Positions 1 to 12,329 of a DNA stretch of 48,611 nt are shown piece after piece (position 1 is the stretch's first letter; each line of letters begins with the position of its first letter). A program made the translations under genes and the position numbers. Source of the DNA: Macrostomum lignano. Its lineage: Eukaryota. Under the pieces are notes generated by a model. It was not told the origin of the DNA, searched no databases, and saw nothing but the letters and a program-made list of their open reading frames with translations. The DNA lies in NCBI GenBank assembly GCA_002269645.1, contig NIVC01001844.1:1-48611 (forward strand). The letters run 5' to 3'.

Positions 1-1000
1 TGTATCTAGAACCTGTATCTAAATCTGTATCTAGAATCTGTATCTAAAACCTGTTACTAGAATCTGTATCTAGAATATTTCCTGTATCTAGAACCTGTAT
101 TAAACTGTTAGAACCTAGAACCTGTATCTAGATCTGTATCAGATCTGTAGAATGAATCAGATATGTATCTAGAACCTGTAATTAATCTGTATCTAGATCT
201 GTATCTAGAATCTGTATCTAGAACCTGTATTCTAGACTCCTGTATCTAGATCTGTATCTAGAACCTGTATCTAGATCTTATCTAGAACCTGTATCTAGAT
301 CTGTATCTAGAACCTGTATCTAGAACCTGTATCTAGAATCTGTATCTAAAACCTGTATCTAGAACCTGTATCTAGAACTTATCTAGACTCTGTATCTAGA
401 ACTGTAAAAACCTGTATCTAGAATGTATCTAGATTTGTATCTAGATCTGTATCTAGAATCTGTATCTAGAATATGTATCTAAAACTTGTATATAGACTGT
501 ATCTAGAACATGTATCTAGAATTGTATCTAAAACCTGTATCTAGACTCTGTATCTAGAACCTGTATCTAAACCTGTATCTAAAACCTGTATCTAGAATCT
601 GTATCTAAAACCTGTATCTAGAACCTGTATCTAGATTTGTATCTAGATCTGTATCTAGAATCTGTATCTAGAATATGTATCTAAAACTTGTATATAGACT
701 GTATCTAGAACCTGTATCTAGAATATGTATCTAAAACCTGTATCTAGACTCTGTATCTAAAACCTGTATCTAAACCTGTATCTAAAACTGTATTAGAATC
801 TGTATAGAACGTATCTAGAACCTATATCTATAGACTCTGTATCTAGAACCTGTATCTAGAACCTATATCTATAGACTCTGTATCTAGAACCTGTATTAGA
901 CTCTGTATCTAGAACCTGTATCTAAAATCTGTATCTAGAATATGTATCTAGAACCTGTATCTAGAGCCTATATCTATAGAATCTGTATCTAGATCCAGAA
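1..1000. repeat. ~13-bp minisatellite (CTGTATCTAGAAC, 12-14 bp variants)
   Basis: Continuous tandem copies. The first ~250 bp are indel-rich, as expected at a low-coverage contig end. Confidence 0.95.
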
Positions 1001-1430
1001 TCTAACTGAGTACCTTCCACAACAGGCCATCTTAACCACAGCTTCCGCTCATAGAATCGTCAAATTATAAGCAATAAAAACTGGGGCATCAAAGTGCCAA
1101 CTCTGTCTCTGATCCTGCAGCTGCTGCAAGTGGCCTTTATTAAGGTTCAGGCACAAGCAGGTCGCTAAGAGAGAGACGAGATGCGATAAAAATCTGAAGC
1201 GAAGATTTGTGCACAAATAAAATTGATAAGAGTCTGCGTTATAAACTGCCTGTGGAAGTGAAGTGCTAGCAGCTGCGTGGTGGAAGCTGGAAGCTAATTA
1301 AATTTTTTATATAGCCCAACAAGATGGCAGCTAACAACCCATTGAAAGCTTAAGCTGCAGCACCCCAAAGCAAAAATTCTTAGGTTCCTACGAGGCCAAA
1401 AACTTCTGCATCAAAATACACTTTTTTCGA

Positions 1431-1650
1431 ATTATAGTGCATCAATATCATATCAATCAATATCAGTTATAGTGCATCAATATCATATCAATCAATATCA
1501 GTTATAGTGCATCAATATCATATCAATCAATATCAGTTATAGTGCATCAATATCATATCAATCAATATCAATTATAGTGCATCAATATCATATGAATCAA
1601 TAATAATTATAGTGCATCAATATCATATCAATCAATATCAATTATAGTGC
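1431..1650. repeat. 35-bp minisatellite (TTATAGTGCATCAATATCATATCAATCAATATCAG), ~6 copies
   Basis: Period 35 read directly (ATCAATATCATATC at 1441 and 1476). Confidence 0.95.
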
Positions 1651-1689
1651 ACAGCTGTGCTTGAGCTCTGCCATGAATAAATCAATACA

Positions 1690-1965
1690 TCATATATCAA
1701 TGCATCAACACCCAATATATCAATGCATCAACACCCAAGATATCAATGCATCAACACCCAAGAAAGATATCAATGCATCAACACCCAAGATATCAATGCA
1801 TCAACACCCAAGATATCAATGCATCAACACCCAAGATATCAATGCATCAACACCCAAGATATCAATGCATCAACACCCAAGATATCAATGCATCAACACC
1901 CAAGATATCAATGCATCAACACCCAAGATATCAATGCATCAACACGCCAGATATCCATGCATCAA
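1690..1965. repeat. 23-bp minisatellite (ATATCAATGCATCAACACCCAAG), ~11 copies
   Basis: Period 23 (1801, 1824). Explains ORFs 1661-2107, 1723-2004 and 1746-2039. Confidence 0.95.
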
Positions 1966-2080
1966 AGCAAAGACTGTATTCTTTCAAGCCAATCAGGAAA
2001 TTGAAAATCGGGAAGCTGAGCTCAAAAAGAAGAGAATAAAATTCCGCCTATCTTTTTTATCTGAAGAGGTGAAAAGTGTC

Positions 2081-2205
2081 AAAATGACATCAATGGCGCC
2101 AAAATGACATCAATGGCGCCAAAATGACATCAATGGCGCCAAAATGACATCAATGGCGCCAAAATGACATCAATGGCTCCAAAATGACATCAATGGCGGC
2201 AAAAT
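2081..2205. repeat. 20-bp minisatellite (AAAATGACATCAATGGCGCC), 6 copies
   Basis: Direct reading. Confidence 0.95.
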
Positions 2206-2268
2206 GGCTTCAAGTGCGCTTACAACTAAAGTACAAAATAGAATCCAAACCAAGCCATAGCACCATAC

Positions 2269-2894
2269 CTCGCGGCTAGAGCAGCCAGCAGAGTGGAGTC
2301 GACTCCGCCAGAGAAGAGCACCGCTATTGAAGACTGCCGAATCCCCAGCGGCTGCACCTTCGACAGTTCAGTAGCCGCCGGCGGCGGATACGGCGAGGAG
2401 CAGAGCTGGACTCGACAGGCGACGGAGTCGGACAGCAGTCGCTCGAAGGTGTCGACCTCGGCGGCGAGCCAGGGCGGGGCGTCGAGCGGCTGCGGCTGCT
2501 GTTGCTCCTCGGCGGCCGCGGCCGCGGCAACGGCGTCGGGCTGACGACGCACCGCCTCGGCGTCAATAACGAAGCGTCGAACGCCAGTTCGACTGCTCAG
2601 ACTCACCGGGCGGCCACACAGCGACGGCGTCATCGCTTCGTTGCCATCGTCGCTGTACAGATCGTAGGGGTGCAGCATCAGCACCGGCGGCGCCGTGGAC
2701 TCCGATGGCGGCGCCAGGCTCAGCGAGAACACCCCGCAGGCGGGCACCTCAGTCCAGGCCCAGCTATCGTCGCCCGACGCCGATTGGTCGAGCGCCACGG
2801 ACGACCAGACGAGGTGTCGGCCGTCGGCTTCAGTCAGCAGGAGGCTACGACGGCCAAGCAGGTCGCGGCCGAACAGGATGAGACTGAGGTCGGA
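2269..2894 (-). CDS. ASNSD1: Asparagine synthetase domain-containing protein 1, exon 4 (626 nt, phase 0 to 2); later exons not found in the window
   Basis: Acceptor gcgcag|TCC at 2894 and donor AG|GTATGG at 2269. Encodes SDLSLILFGRDLLGRRSLL (human LWFGRDFFGRRSLL) and the PP-loop IAVLFSGGVDS (human VAILFSGGIDS). Confidence 0.9.
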
Positions 2895-3029
2895 CTGCGC
2901 GCGTCGAAGGAACAGGCATTGGGAGTTGAAATATGAATAAACAACTCATCCTAATATTCAAATCTCACACTAAAATCAACATGTTACCCTAGAATCAGAA
3001 TTTCACCTGTGATCAGAATCTTATTCTAA

Positions 3030-4470
3030 AAACAGAATCTCACTCTGAGATCAGGATCTTACCCTGAGACCAGAGTCTCACCCCGAGACCATAATCTTAC
3101 TCTGAGACTATAACCTTACCCTGAGATTATAATCTCACCCTGAGACTAGAATTTCACCCCAGAATCAGAATCTCACCCTGAGACCAGAATCTCACCCTGA
3201 GACCAGAATCTCACACTGAGACCAGAATCTCACCCTGAGACCAGAATCTCACCCTGAGACCAGAATCTCACCCTGAGACCAGAATCTCACCCTGAGACCA
3301 GAATCTCACCCTGAGACCAAAATCTCACCCCGAGACCAGAATCTTACTCTGAGACTATAACCTTACCCTGAGATTATAATCTCACCCTGAGACTAGAATT
3401 TCACCCCAGAATCAGAATCTCACCCTGAGACCAGAATCTCACCCTGAGACCAGAATCTCACACTGAGACCAGAATCTCACCCTGAGACCAGAATCTCACC
3501 CTGAGACCAGAATCTCACCCTGAGACCAGAATCTCACCCTGAGACCAGAATCTCACCCTGAGACCAGAATCTCACCCTGAGACCAGAATCTCACCCTGAG
3601 ACCAAAATCTCACCCCGAGACCAGAATCTTACTCTGAGATTTTAATCTAACCCTGAGAATCTCACCCGAGACTAAATTTCACCCCGGAATAAGAATCTCA
3701 CACTACAATCAGAGTCTCACCCTGAGATCAGAATCTCACCCTGAGACCAGAATCTCACCCTGAGACCAGAATCTCACCCTGAGACCAGAATCTCACCCTG
3801 AGACCAGAATCTCACCCTGAGACCAGAATCTCACCCTGAGACCAGAATCTCACCCTGAGACCAGAATCTCACCCTGAGACCAAAATCTCACCCCGAGACC
3901 AGAATCTTACTCTGAGACTATAACCTTACCCTGAGATTATAATCTCACCCTGAGACTAGAATTTCACCCCAGAATCAGAATCTCACCCTGAGACCAGAAT
4001 CTCACCCTGAGACCAGAATCTCACACTGAGACCAGAATCTCACCCTGAGACCAGAATCTCACCCTGAGACCAGAATCTCACCCTGAGACCAGAATCTCAC
4101 CCTGAGACCAGAATCTCACCCTGAGACCAGAATCTCACCCTGAGACCAAAATCTCACCCCGAGACCAGAATCTTACTCTGAGATTTTAATCTAACCCTGA
4201 GAATCTCACCCGAGACTAAATTTCACCCCGGAATAAGAATCTCACACTACAATCAGAGTTTCACCCTGAGATCAGAATCTTAGCTAGAAGCATAGTTTGA
4301 GCCTGGAATTAGAAACTCATCCTGAGATCACAATCTTTATAAAAAAATCACTCTTAGATCGAATCTCATGCTAGAAACGAATTCAACCCTAAGATTGAAT
4401 CTCACCTTGAGACCAGAATCTCACCCTGAGACAATAATCACACCCTGAGACAATAATCTCACCCTATGAT
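3030..4470. repeat. 19-bp minisatellite (CTGAGACCAGAATCTCACC) with blocks of variant units, in ASNSD1 intron 3
   Basis: Period 19 (3241, 3260). Variant blocks recur and the edges are degenerate. Confidence 0.95.
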
Positions 4471-5090
4471 AAAATCTCATTTTGAAATCAAATCTCACTC
4501 TACGATTTAAATTTCAGTCAGCGTTTAAATCAAGATCATTCTTTGATCCAACGACCCAAATCTGAAAATCTCAAGAAAATCGCTAAGACCCAAATTAATC
4601 ACTGTAATAAAAATCACAATTTTGAGACCTAATTCTAACCCTGAGCGCAAAATTACCGCTCTATGATCACTAGACAAGCTGTCAGTCTTTGAGGGGCCCA
4701 GGAGTTGCAGCAAGACGCCATTACTATTATAAAAGTAACTACAAAAGCGCAAAAAACAAGTCAAGAAAGGAACACAGCGGGATGTAGCAGCGGGATAGCA
4801 GCTGCTTTGCACTTCGCGTATGAAACATGGCTGCAACACCTGCTTCGCTAAGCTATACGACTCTCACTATAAGCTTAATGATCAAAGTTTAATGATGTGC
4901 AGGCGCAGACGGCTAAAATGACGTAAGTTGACAGAAAATTGGGGGAGGAGGTTGAATGTACTTTTAAACTAGAAACAGCGAAAAACAAGCCAATTTTGAA
5001 ACTAAGCTGCAAGATATAAAGGTAATTGATGGATAGTTAATGGCCAGTCTAGTCTGGGCTATCACGGCTAGAGAAGTAGGCGTATCGGCT

Positions 5091-6730
5091 ATAGATGCAA
5101 GAATAGAATGGATTGCTAATCTAGCCAATGATAGATGCAGGAATTGAATGGATTGCTAATCTAGCCAATGATTGATGCAGGAATAGAATGGATTGCTAAT
5201 CTAGCCAATGATTGATGCAGGAATTGAATGGATTGCTAATCTAGCCAATGATTGATGCAGGAATTGAATGGATTGCTAATCTAGCCTATGATTGATGCAG
5301 GAATTGAATGGATTGCTAATCTAGCCTATGATTGATGCAAGAATTGAATGGATTGCTAATCTAGCCAATGATTGATGCAAGAATAGAATGGATTGCTAAT
5401 CTAGCCTATGATTGATGCAGGAATTGAATGGATTGCTAATCTAGCCAATGATTGATGCAGGAATTGAATGGATTGCTAATCTAGCCAATGATTGATGCAA
5501 GAATTGAATGGATTGCCAATCTAACCAATGATTGATGCAGGAATTGAATGGATTGCTAATCTAGCCAATGATTGATGCAGGAATTGAATGGATTGCTAAT
5601 CTAGCCTATGATTGATGCAGGAATTGAATGGATTGCTAATCTAGCCTATGATTGATGCAAGAATTGAATGGATTGCTAATCTAGCCAATGATTGATGCAA
5701 GAATAGAATGGATTGCTAATCTAGCCTATGATTGATGCAGGAATTGAATGGATTGCTAATCTAGCCTATGATTGATGCAGGAATTGAATGGATTGCTAAT
5801 CTAGCCAATGATTGATGCAAGAATTGAATGGATTGCCAATCTAACCAATGATTGATGCAGGAATTGAATGGATTGCTAATCTAGCCTATGATTGATGCAG
5901 GAATTGAATGGATTGCTAATCTAGCCAATGATTGATGCAAGAATTGAATGGATTGCCAATCTAACCAATGATTGATGCAGGAATTGAATGGATTGCTAAT
6001 CTAGCCTATGATTGATGCAAGAATTGAATGGATTGCTAATCTAACCAATGATTGATGCAGGAATTGAATGGATTGCTAATCTAGCCAATGATTGATGCAG
6101 GAATTGAATGGATTGCTAATCTAGCCTATGATTGATGCAAGAATAGAATGGATTGCTAATCTAGCCAATGATTGATGCAGGAATTGAATGGATTGCTAAT
6201 CTAGCCTATGATTGATGCAAGAATAGAATGGATTGCTAATCTAGCCAATGATTGATGCAGGAATTGAATGGATTGCTAATCTAGCCAATGATTGATGCAG
6301 GAATTGAATGGATTGCTAATCTAGCCAATGATTGATGCAGGAATTGAATGGATTGCTAATCTAGCCAATGATAGATGCAAGAATAGAATGGATTGCTAAT
6401 CTAGCCAATGATTGATGCAGGAATAGAATGGATTGCTAATCTAGCCAATGATAGTTGCAGGAATTGAATGGATTGCTAATCTAGCCAATGATAGTTGCAA
6501 GAATAGAATGGATTGCTAATCTAGCCAATGATAGATGCAGGAATAGAATGGATTGCTAATCTAGCCAATGATAGATGCAGGAATTGAATGGATTGCTAAT
6601 CTAGCCAATGATAGTTGCAAGAATAGAATGGATTGCTAATCTAGCCAATGATAGATGCAGGAATTGAATGGATTGCTAATCTAGCCAATGATAGTTGCAG
6701 GAATTGAATGGATTGCTAATCTAGCCAATC
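5091..6730. repeat. 40-bp minisatellite (GAATTGAATGGATTGCTAATCTAGCCAATGATTGATGCAG), ~41 copies, in ASNSD1 intron 3
   Basis: Exact period 40, substitutions only. Confidence 0.97.
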
Positions 6731-6786
6731 ACGCATATACGAACAGACTGGATTGCTAATCCAGGGAAGCTCCCTGCGCTGCCTAC

Positions 6787-6909
6787 CGCATAGTAGAAGA
6801 ACGCGTGCGGCCCTCCCAGGCAGCCGAGCGCGACCAGCAGCTCATCTAGAGAGAGGCACTGATGAAGCAGCCGGCTCACAGCCTCCGTGTCGCTGCCAGC
6901 CAGGTCCAC
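6787..6909 (-). CDS. ASNSD1: ASNSD1 exon 3 (123 nt, phase 0-0)
   Basis: ctgcag|GTG acceptor and GCG|GTAGG donor. VDLAGSDTEAVSRLLHQCLSLDELLVALGCLGGPHAFFYYA matches human NDTQIL...QGPWSFIYYQ and joins exons 2 and 4 in frame. Confidence 0.88.
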
Positions 6910-7311
6910 CTGCAGCGGTTTTTGGTTGCACAAACCATGAAGATAGGGAGGGGATTTCTCACCGGGGAGGGGAATCAGCCGACCTCTTTTTTTACCCTCC
7001 TCTTTAGATCCACCACTGCAGGGATATTCACGACGCCAAAATTAATTACGAGCGTATCATGGCTAATTTAGTTAAAAGGCCACCCTCTACGAGCTGTAGC
7101 CTATTTGATCAGAAAATTAAAGAACCAATAAATGAAATTAAAACCAATCTTGTTTTTCAAAAAGTTCTCCTAAAGTTCGCTCAGTACTTTAAAAACCACC
7201 AGAGCTTTGTCGAGCTATTCGGGGGTACCAAAAGACACGCTAATAGATATGCCTGGTTTATTAGCATCAGCCCGATGCTTGAAGCGGTTCTTTGGGGGGG
7301 AGGTGGATGTG

Positions 7312-7640
7312 GGAGTGGTTCTTTGGGGGCGGATTTGGGAGCGGTTATTTGGGGGGCGGATTTGGGAGCGGTTATTTGGGGGGCGGATTTGGGAGCGGTT
7401 ATTTGGGGGGGCGGATTTGGGAGCGGTTATTTGGGGGGGGCGGATTTGGGAGCGGTTAATTGGGGGGGGGGCGGATTTGGGAGCGGTTCCTTGGGGGCGG
7501 ATTTGGGAACGGTTCTTAAGGGGCGGATTTAGGAGCAATTTATGGGGCGGATTTGGGATATTCGAGGGCAGATTTGGGATATTCGAGGGCGGATGTGGGA
7601 CACCTGGGGGCGGATTTTGGATACTTGGGAGTGGGCGGAT
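7312..7640. repeat. G-rich ~26-bp minisatellite (GGGGCGGATTTGGGAGCGGTTATTT) grading into a 21-bp variant
   Basis: Direct reading. Confidence 0.9.
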
Positions 7641-7662
7641 TCCCTTGGTTTCAGTTGCTCAC

Positions 7663-7866
7663 CCTCGGGTCCGTGCAGTAGAACAGCTCCCCATTCCAGA
7701 GCAGCACCCTGCGCCGGCCACCGTCCAGTCGTTCAACCGGCTGCAGTCGCGCCCGATCGCCTCGCTGGTGCAGCACGCATCCGGCCAGAAGCAGCCGCTG
7801 GTCCACCGCCAGACTGGCCAGGCCGTCGGGGCCGCGGTGGCACCATAGCTGCTGGGACAGGTCCAG
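7663..7866 (-). CDS. ASNSD1: ASNSD1 exon 2 (204 nt, phase 0-0)
   Basis: tccaaag|CTG acceptor and AGG|GTGAG donor. LWCHRGPD...VLHQRG...QPV...LLWNGELF matches human LKQRGPN...VLHLRG...QPV...FLWNGEIF (Ntn amidotransferase-like domain). Confidence 0.92.
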
Positions 7867-7904
7867 CTTTGGAGAGGCGGTGGGTTGTTGGCGTTGCATT
7901 GAAC

Positions 7905-8860
7905 ACAATCTGGTCCTTTCAAAATCCCCAATCTGGTCCTTCCAAAATCCCCAACCTGGTCCTTTCAAAATCCCCAACCTGGTCCTTTCAAAATCCCAAA
8001 CCTGGTCCTTCCAAAATCCCCAACCTGGTCCTTCCAAAATCCCCAACCTGGTCCTTCGAAAATCCCCAATCTGGTCCTTCCAAAATCCCCAATCTGGTCT
8101 TTCCAAAATCCCCAATCTGGTCTTTCCAAAATCCCCAATCTGGTCCTTCCAAAATCCCCAATCTGGTCCTTCCAAAATCCCCAATCTGGTCCTTCCAAAA
8201 TCCCCAATCTGGTCCTTCCAAAATCCCCAATCTGGTCTTTCCAAAATCCCCAATCTGGTCCTTCCAAAATCCCCAATCTGGTCCTTCCAAAATCCCCAAT
8301 CTGGTCCTTCCAAAATCCCCAATCTGGTCCTTCCAAAATTCCCAATCTGGTCCTTCGAAAATCCCCAATCTGGTCCTTCGAAAATCCCCAATCTGGTCCT
8401 TCGAAAATCCCCAATCTGGTCCTTCCAAAATCCCCAATCTGGTCCTTCCAAAATCCCCAATCTGGTCCTTCTAAAATCCCCAACCTGGTCCTTCCAAAAT
8501 CCCCAATCTGGTCCTTCCAAAATTCCCAATCTGGTCCTTCCAAAATCCCCAATCTGGTCCTTCCAAAATCCCCAATCTGGTCCTTCGAAAATCCCCAGTC
8601 TGGTCCTTCCAAAATTCCCAATCTGGTCCTTCGAAAATCCCCAATCTGGTCCTTCCAAAATCCCCAATCTGGTCCTTCCAAAATACCCAATCTGGTCTTT
8701 CCAAAATCCCCAATCTGGTCCTTCTAAAATCCCCAATCTGGTCCTTCCAAAATCCCCAATCTGGTCCTTCGAAAATCCCCAATCTGGTCCTTCCAAAATC
8801 CCCAATCTGGTCCTTCCAAAATCCCCAATCTGGTCCTTCGAAAATCCCCAATCTGGTCCT
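7905..8860. repeat. 23-bp minisatellite (CCAAAATCCCCAATCTGGTCCTT), ~41 copies, in ASNSD1 intron 1
   Basis: Direct reading. Explains the overlapping repeat ORFs between 7542 and 8941. Confidence 0.97.
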
Positions 8861-9644
8861 GTTGTGCTTGACTTTAGCTCCGATAATTTGCTAGTAGAAA
8901 GTTGTTATTCGAGTTGCTCGCAATTTGCTACATATTTATAATAGCGTACTGCACTTTTATTGGCGTCTATGTATAGTTTGCCAAGACGCAAAAGAGTTCT
9001 AGCGCAACCCAATAGCAAGAAAGTCTGGGAATTATTTTTGGTGCAAAAGTTTGGATGCCTGCATGCCAGTTTCATGTGAACAGCGAGATCGGACCCGGCC
9101 GTTGTGCGTCATTTGGCGGCTCCACCAGTGTTGCAGCAGTACCGATGTCGCAGATTTTGGGTGCTGATCTCAGCAGTTTTCGTGAGAACCAGACGTTCTT
9201 AGTGCAAGCCAGTTTCAGCCGGCTGAACTTTTCTAACTTTCACTTTTGCAAACAATTGAGCGTGGGAAGCACAATGAACTCCTGCTGAACTGGTCTTGCT
9301 GTCCTGGGCTGATCGGCTGTAGTTGTAGTGTGCGTACTGCTGAGATCGTTGATACTGCTGCTGCTGATGGCGCGAGCCGAGCTACGTTGGGTGTCTTGGA
9401 CAAAGGCTAGCGTCCGCAACGTTGGGGCCTACTTCTTAACTTTGGTTCCCTCGCTCCGGGCTCACATTGGGTCCTCTCGGTGCCGTCCAGCCTCGGCCAG
9501 GTGACTCGACCAGGTGCCCTAGCCTTTCCCCTTTCCTAAACTTATGAGCATTTTCTTATGGCTCATAACTTTAACAAGTTAGATAGCCGTTGAAACCGCG
9601 CACGAGAGAAATAACCCAATATTGTACGGTGAGCGATATCCTCA

Positions 9645-10275
9645 AGCTGGTTCTTCAAATATCCCCAATCTGTCCCTTCAAATATCCTCAATCTGGTCCT
9701 TTAAATACCCCCTATCTGGTCCTTCAAATATCCCCAATCTGTCCCTTCAAATATCCTCAATCTGGTCCTTTAAATATCCCCAATCTGGTCCTTTAAATAT
9801 CCCCAATCTGGTCCTTTAAATATCCCCAATCTGGTCCTTCAAATATCCCCAATCTGGTCCTTCAAATATCCCCAATCTGGTCCTTCAAATATCCCCAATC
9901 TGGTCCTTCAAATATCCCCAATCTGGTCCTTCAAATATCCTCAAGCTGGTTCTTCAAATATCCCCAATCTGGTCCTTCAAATATCCTCAATCTGGTCTTT
10001 CAAATATCCCCAATCTGTCCCTTCAAATATCCTCAATCTGTTCCTTCAAATATCCCCAATCTGTCCCTTCAAATATCCTCAATCTGTTCCTTCAAATGTC
10101 CCCTATCTATTCATTCAAATATCCCCAATCTATTCCTTCAAATGTTCCCAATCTATTCATTCAAATGTTCCCAATCTATTCTTTTAAATGTTCCCAATCT
10201 ATTCATTCAAATATCCCCAATCTATTCCTTCAAACGTCCCCAATATAATCTTTTAAATGTCCCCAATCTGGTTAT
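9645..10275. repeat. 23-bp minisatellite (CAAATATCCCCAATCTGGTCCTT), variant of the 7905-8860 family
   Basis: Same unit with AAAATCCCC changed to AATATCCCC; degenerates distally. Confidence 0.93.
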
Positions 10276-10639
10276 TCGTAAAGAATAGTAAAAGTTAAGA
10301 GTGAAATCGGCGGGGAAACACGGACAGCACGACTGCTCGCTAATTAGGATGCCGCACAATAAGAAAGGTAAATATGAGCAGATTAATAGCCTGCGTCTAG
10401 CAAAGGCGTAATGATAGGCCAGAACTGCTGAAGGCGAGAGACAACAACAGTTATTAACTTTGTGAAATCAGCGGCGGCGGAGCGATAAGCAAGGGCAAAT
10501 TAATTCGAATAATAACAGTCTGAGACACTCGTGCTTTGACATTGACAAGTGAGTTAATTACAATTGCAGCACACTTGCCGCCTCACTGCAATCTCTAGTA
10601 ACCGCCTTCTGAGCATCAATTTTAGAGAGAGAAGCAGCC

Positions 10640-10995
10640 TGAATGAGTATGTGAATTAGAGAGTAAGAGATTGTGTGAATGAGAGAGTGAGACTGTGTAA
10701 ATGTGAGAGTGAGAGATTGTGTAAATGAGTGAGAGATTGTGTGAATGAGTGAGATTGTGTGAATGAGTGAGAGATTGTGTGAATGAGTGAGAGATTGTGT
10801 GAATGAGAGAGATTGTGTGAATGAGAGAGATTGTGTGAATGTGAGAGTGATAGATTTTGTAAATCAAAGTGAGAGATTGTGTGAATGAGTGAGATTGTGA
10901 GAGATTGTGTGAATGAGTGAGATTGTGAGAGATTGTGTGAATGATAACGTGAGTGTGTGACTGAGTGAATGATAACGTGAGTGTGTGACTGAGTG
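10640..10995. repeat. 18-20-bp minisatellite (GAGATTGTGTGAATGAGTGA)
   Basis: Direct reading. Confidence 0.9.
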
Positions 10996-11043
10996 AATCT
11001 AAGAGCTTGTGAAGCTGTGAGTTGTCCTACGCAGGCAGCTCAC

Positions 11044-11112
11044 CTGTCTCAGTCGGCAGTCAGCTCCGTGGCGGCATTCGCTGTCGCACAACAGCGCGAA
11101 AATACCGCACAT
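11044..11112 (-). CDS. ASNSD1: ASNSD1 exon 1 (69 nt): MCGIFALLCDSECRHGADCRLRQ
   Basis: Starts with MCGI, the hallmark of class II (Ntn) amidotransferase/ASNS proteins. The CAG|GTGAG donor is in phase 0, matching exon 2. Confidence 0.9.
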
Positions 11113-11144
11113 CAAAGCTAGCTATTGCAAGTTGTTGCCTGTCT

Positions 11145-11183
11145 TTATGGGTCTTCTGCTGCTGCTTCTAATAGCGGTGGCAT
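11145..11183 (-). other. 12-aa upstream ORF (MPPLLEAAAEDP*) in the ASNSD1 5' UTR
   Basis: ATG at 11183 and TAA at 11147-11145, ending 32 nt before the main ATG and out of frame with it. Confidence 0.55.
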
Positions 11184-11241
11184 CAAAAATATTTTATAAT
11201 TTTTTTCATTTAGTTTTCTTTTAAAAGCAGAGAAACTTAAA

Positions 11242-11267
11242 CTGAAATAGCTTTAAAGAATTTTATT
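11242..11267 (-). promoter_or_regulatory. Candidate trans-splice acceptor (TATTTCAG|TT) with an AATAAA ~19 nt upstream
   Basis: The minus strand reads AATAAAattctttaaagcTATTTCAG|TTTAAG. The same TATTTCAG|TT precedes LYRM1. Confidence 0.45.
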
Positions 11268-11296
11268 GACGTTTTTGTAGTACGCTCACGTATTAA

Positions 11297-11815
<519 letters not shown>

Positions 11816-12329
11816 TACGGATATAATTTAGTGACCGTTTCTTAAACTAATATGGAAAACACACGGCAAAGCAGTTACTTTCACTTGAAAGCAATACAGT
11901 ACCCGACCGCAGTGATAACAGTGATTTATGATAGGCCGATTTCTTTACAATTCAGAGCTTTACGGTTTCGTGTTCGTAATTCTTGACCTGTCGGCGAGTT
12001 CAGAAAGAACAAACAAATTTCAAGACGGAGGGCAGCAATTCTGAACAGTTCAAATCGCAGGGAAGAGTTTAGCACAGCTACCTTTGGTTAGCAACTAAAA
12101 CAGTTGACATGGACATAACCTTCAAACGGGGCAACTGCTTCCCCTGCACAGAATTCCTCTATTGCCGACTGAAGGGTCAACTGCGCTGGGCTGCTGCTAA
12201 TACGATTTTTCAAACCGAACAGGCGAAAAAAACTGCGGAATTCTGATTCAACATGGCTATTTGAGGCGGACTTGGGAGCCGTTTTTGGGCGCATTTGCAA
12301 ATCTCAGGGGCGGGTTCGCGAACGATTTT

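Noticed and set aside
1080-1420. Possible further ASNSD1 exons downstream of exon 4
   Set aside because: I found no acceptor that continues the phase-2 frame into the expected PIDLLNVAF motif. The weak LCLNLNKGHLQQL similarity is not enough.
4650-4725. Cryptic minus-strand exon (NGVLLQLLGPSKTD...) in ASNSD1 intron 3
   Set aside because: Exons 3 and 4 already join in frame and align continuously with human ASNSD1; there is no homology support.
3030-6730. CRISPR-like appearance of the 19-bp and 40-bp arrays with internal hairpins
   Set aside because: The units are contiguous with no unique spacers, there are no cas genes, and the context is a eukaryotic intron.
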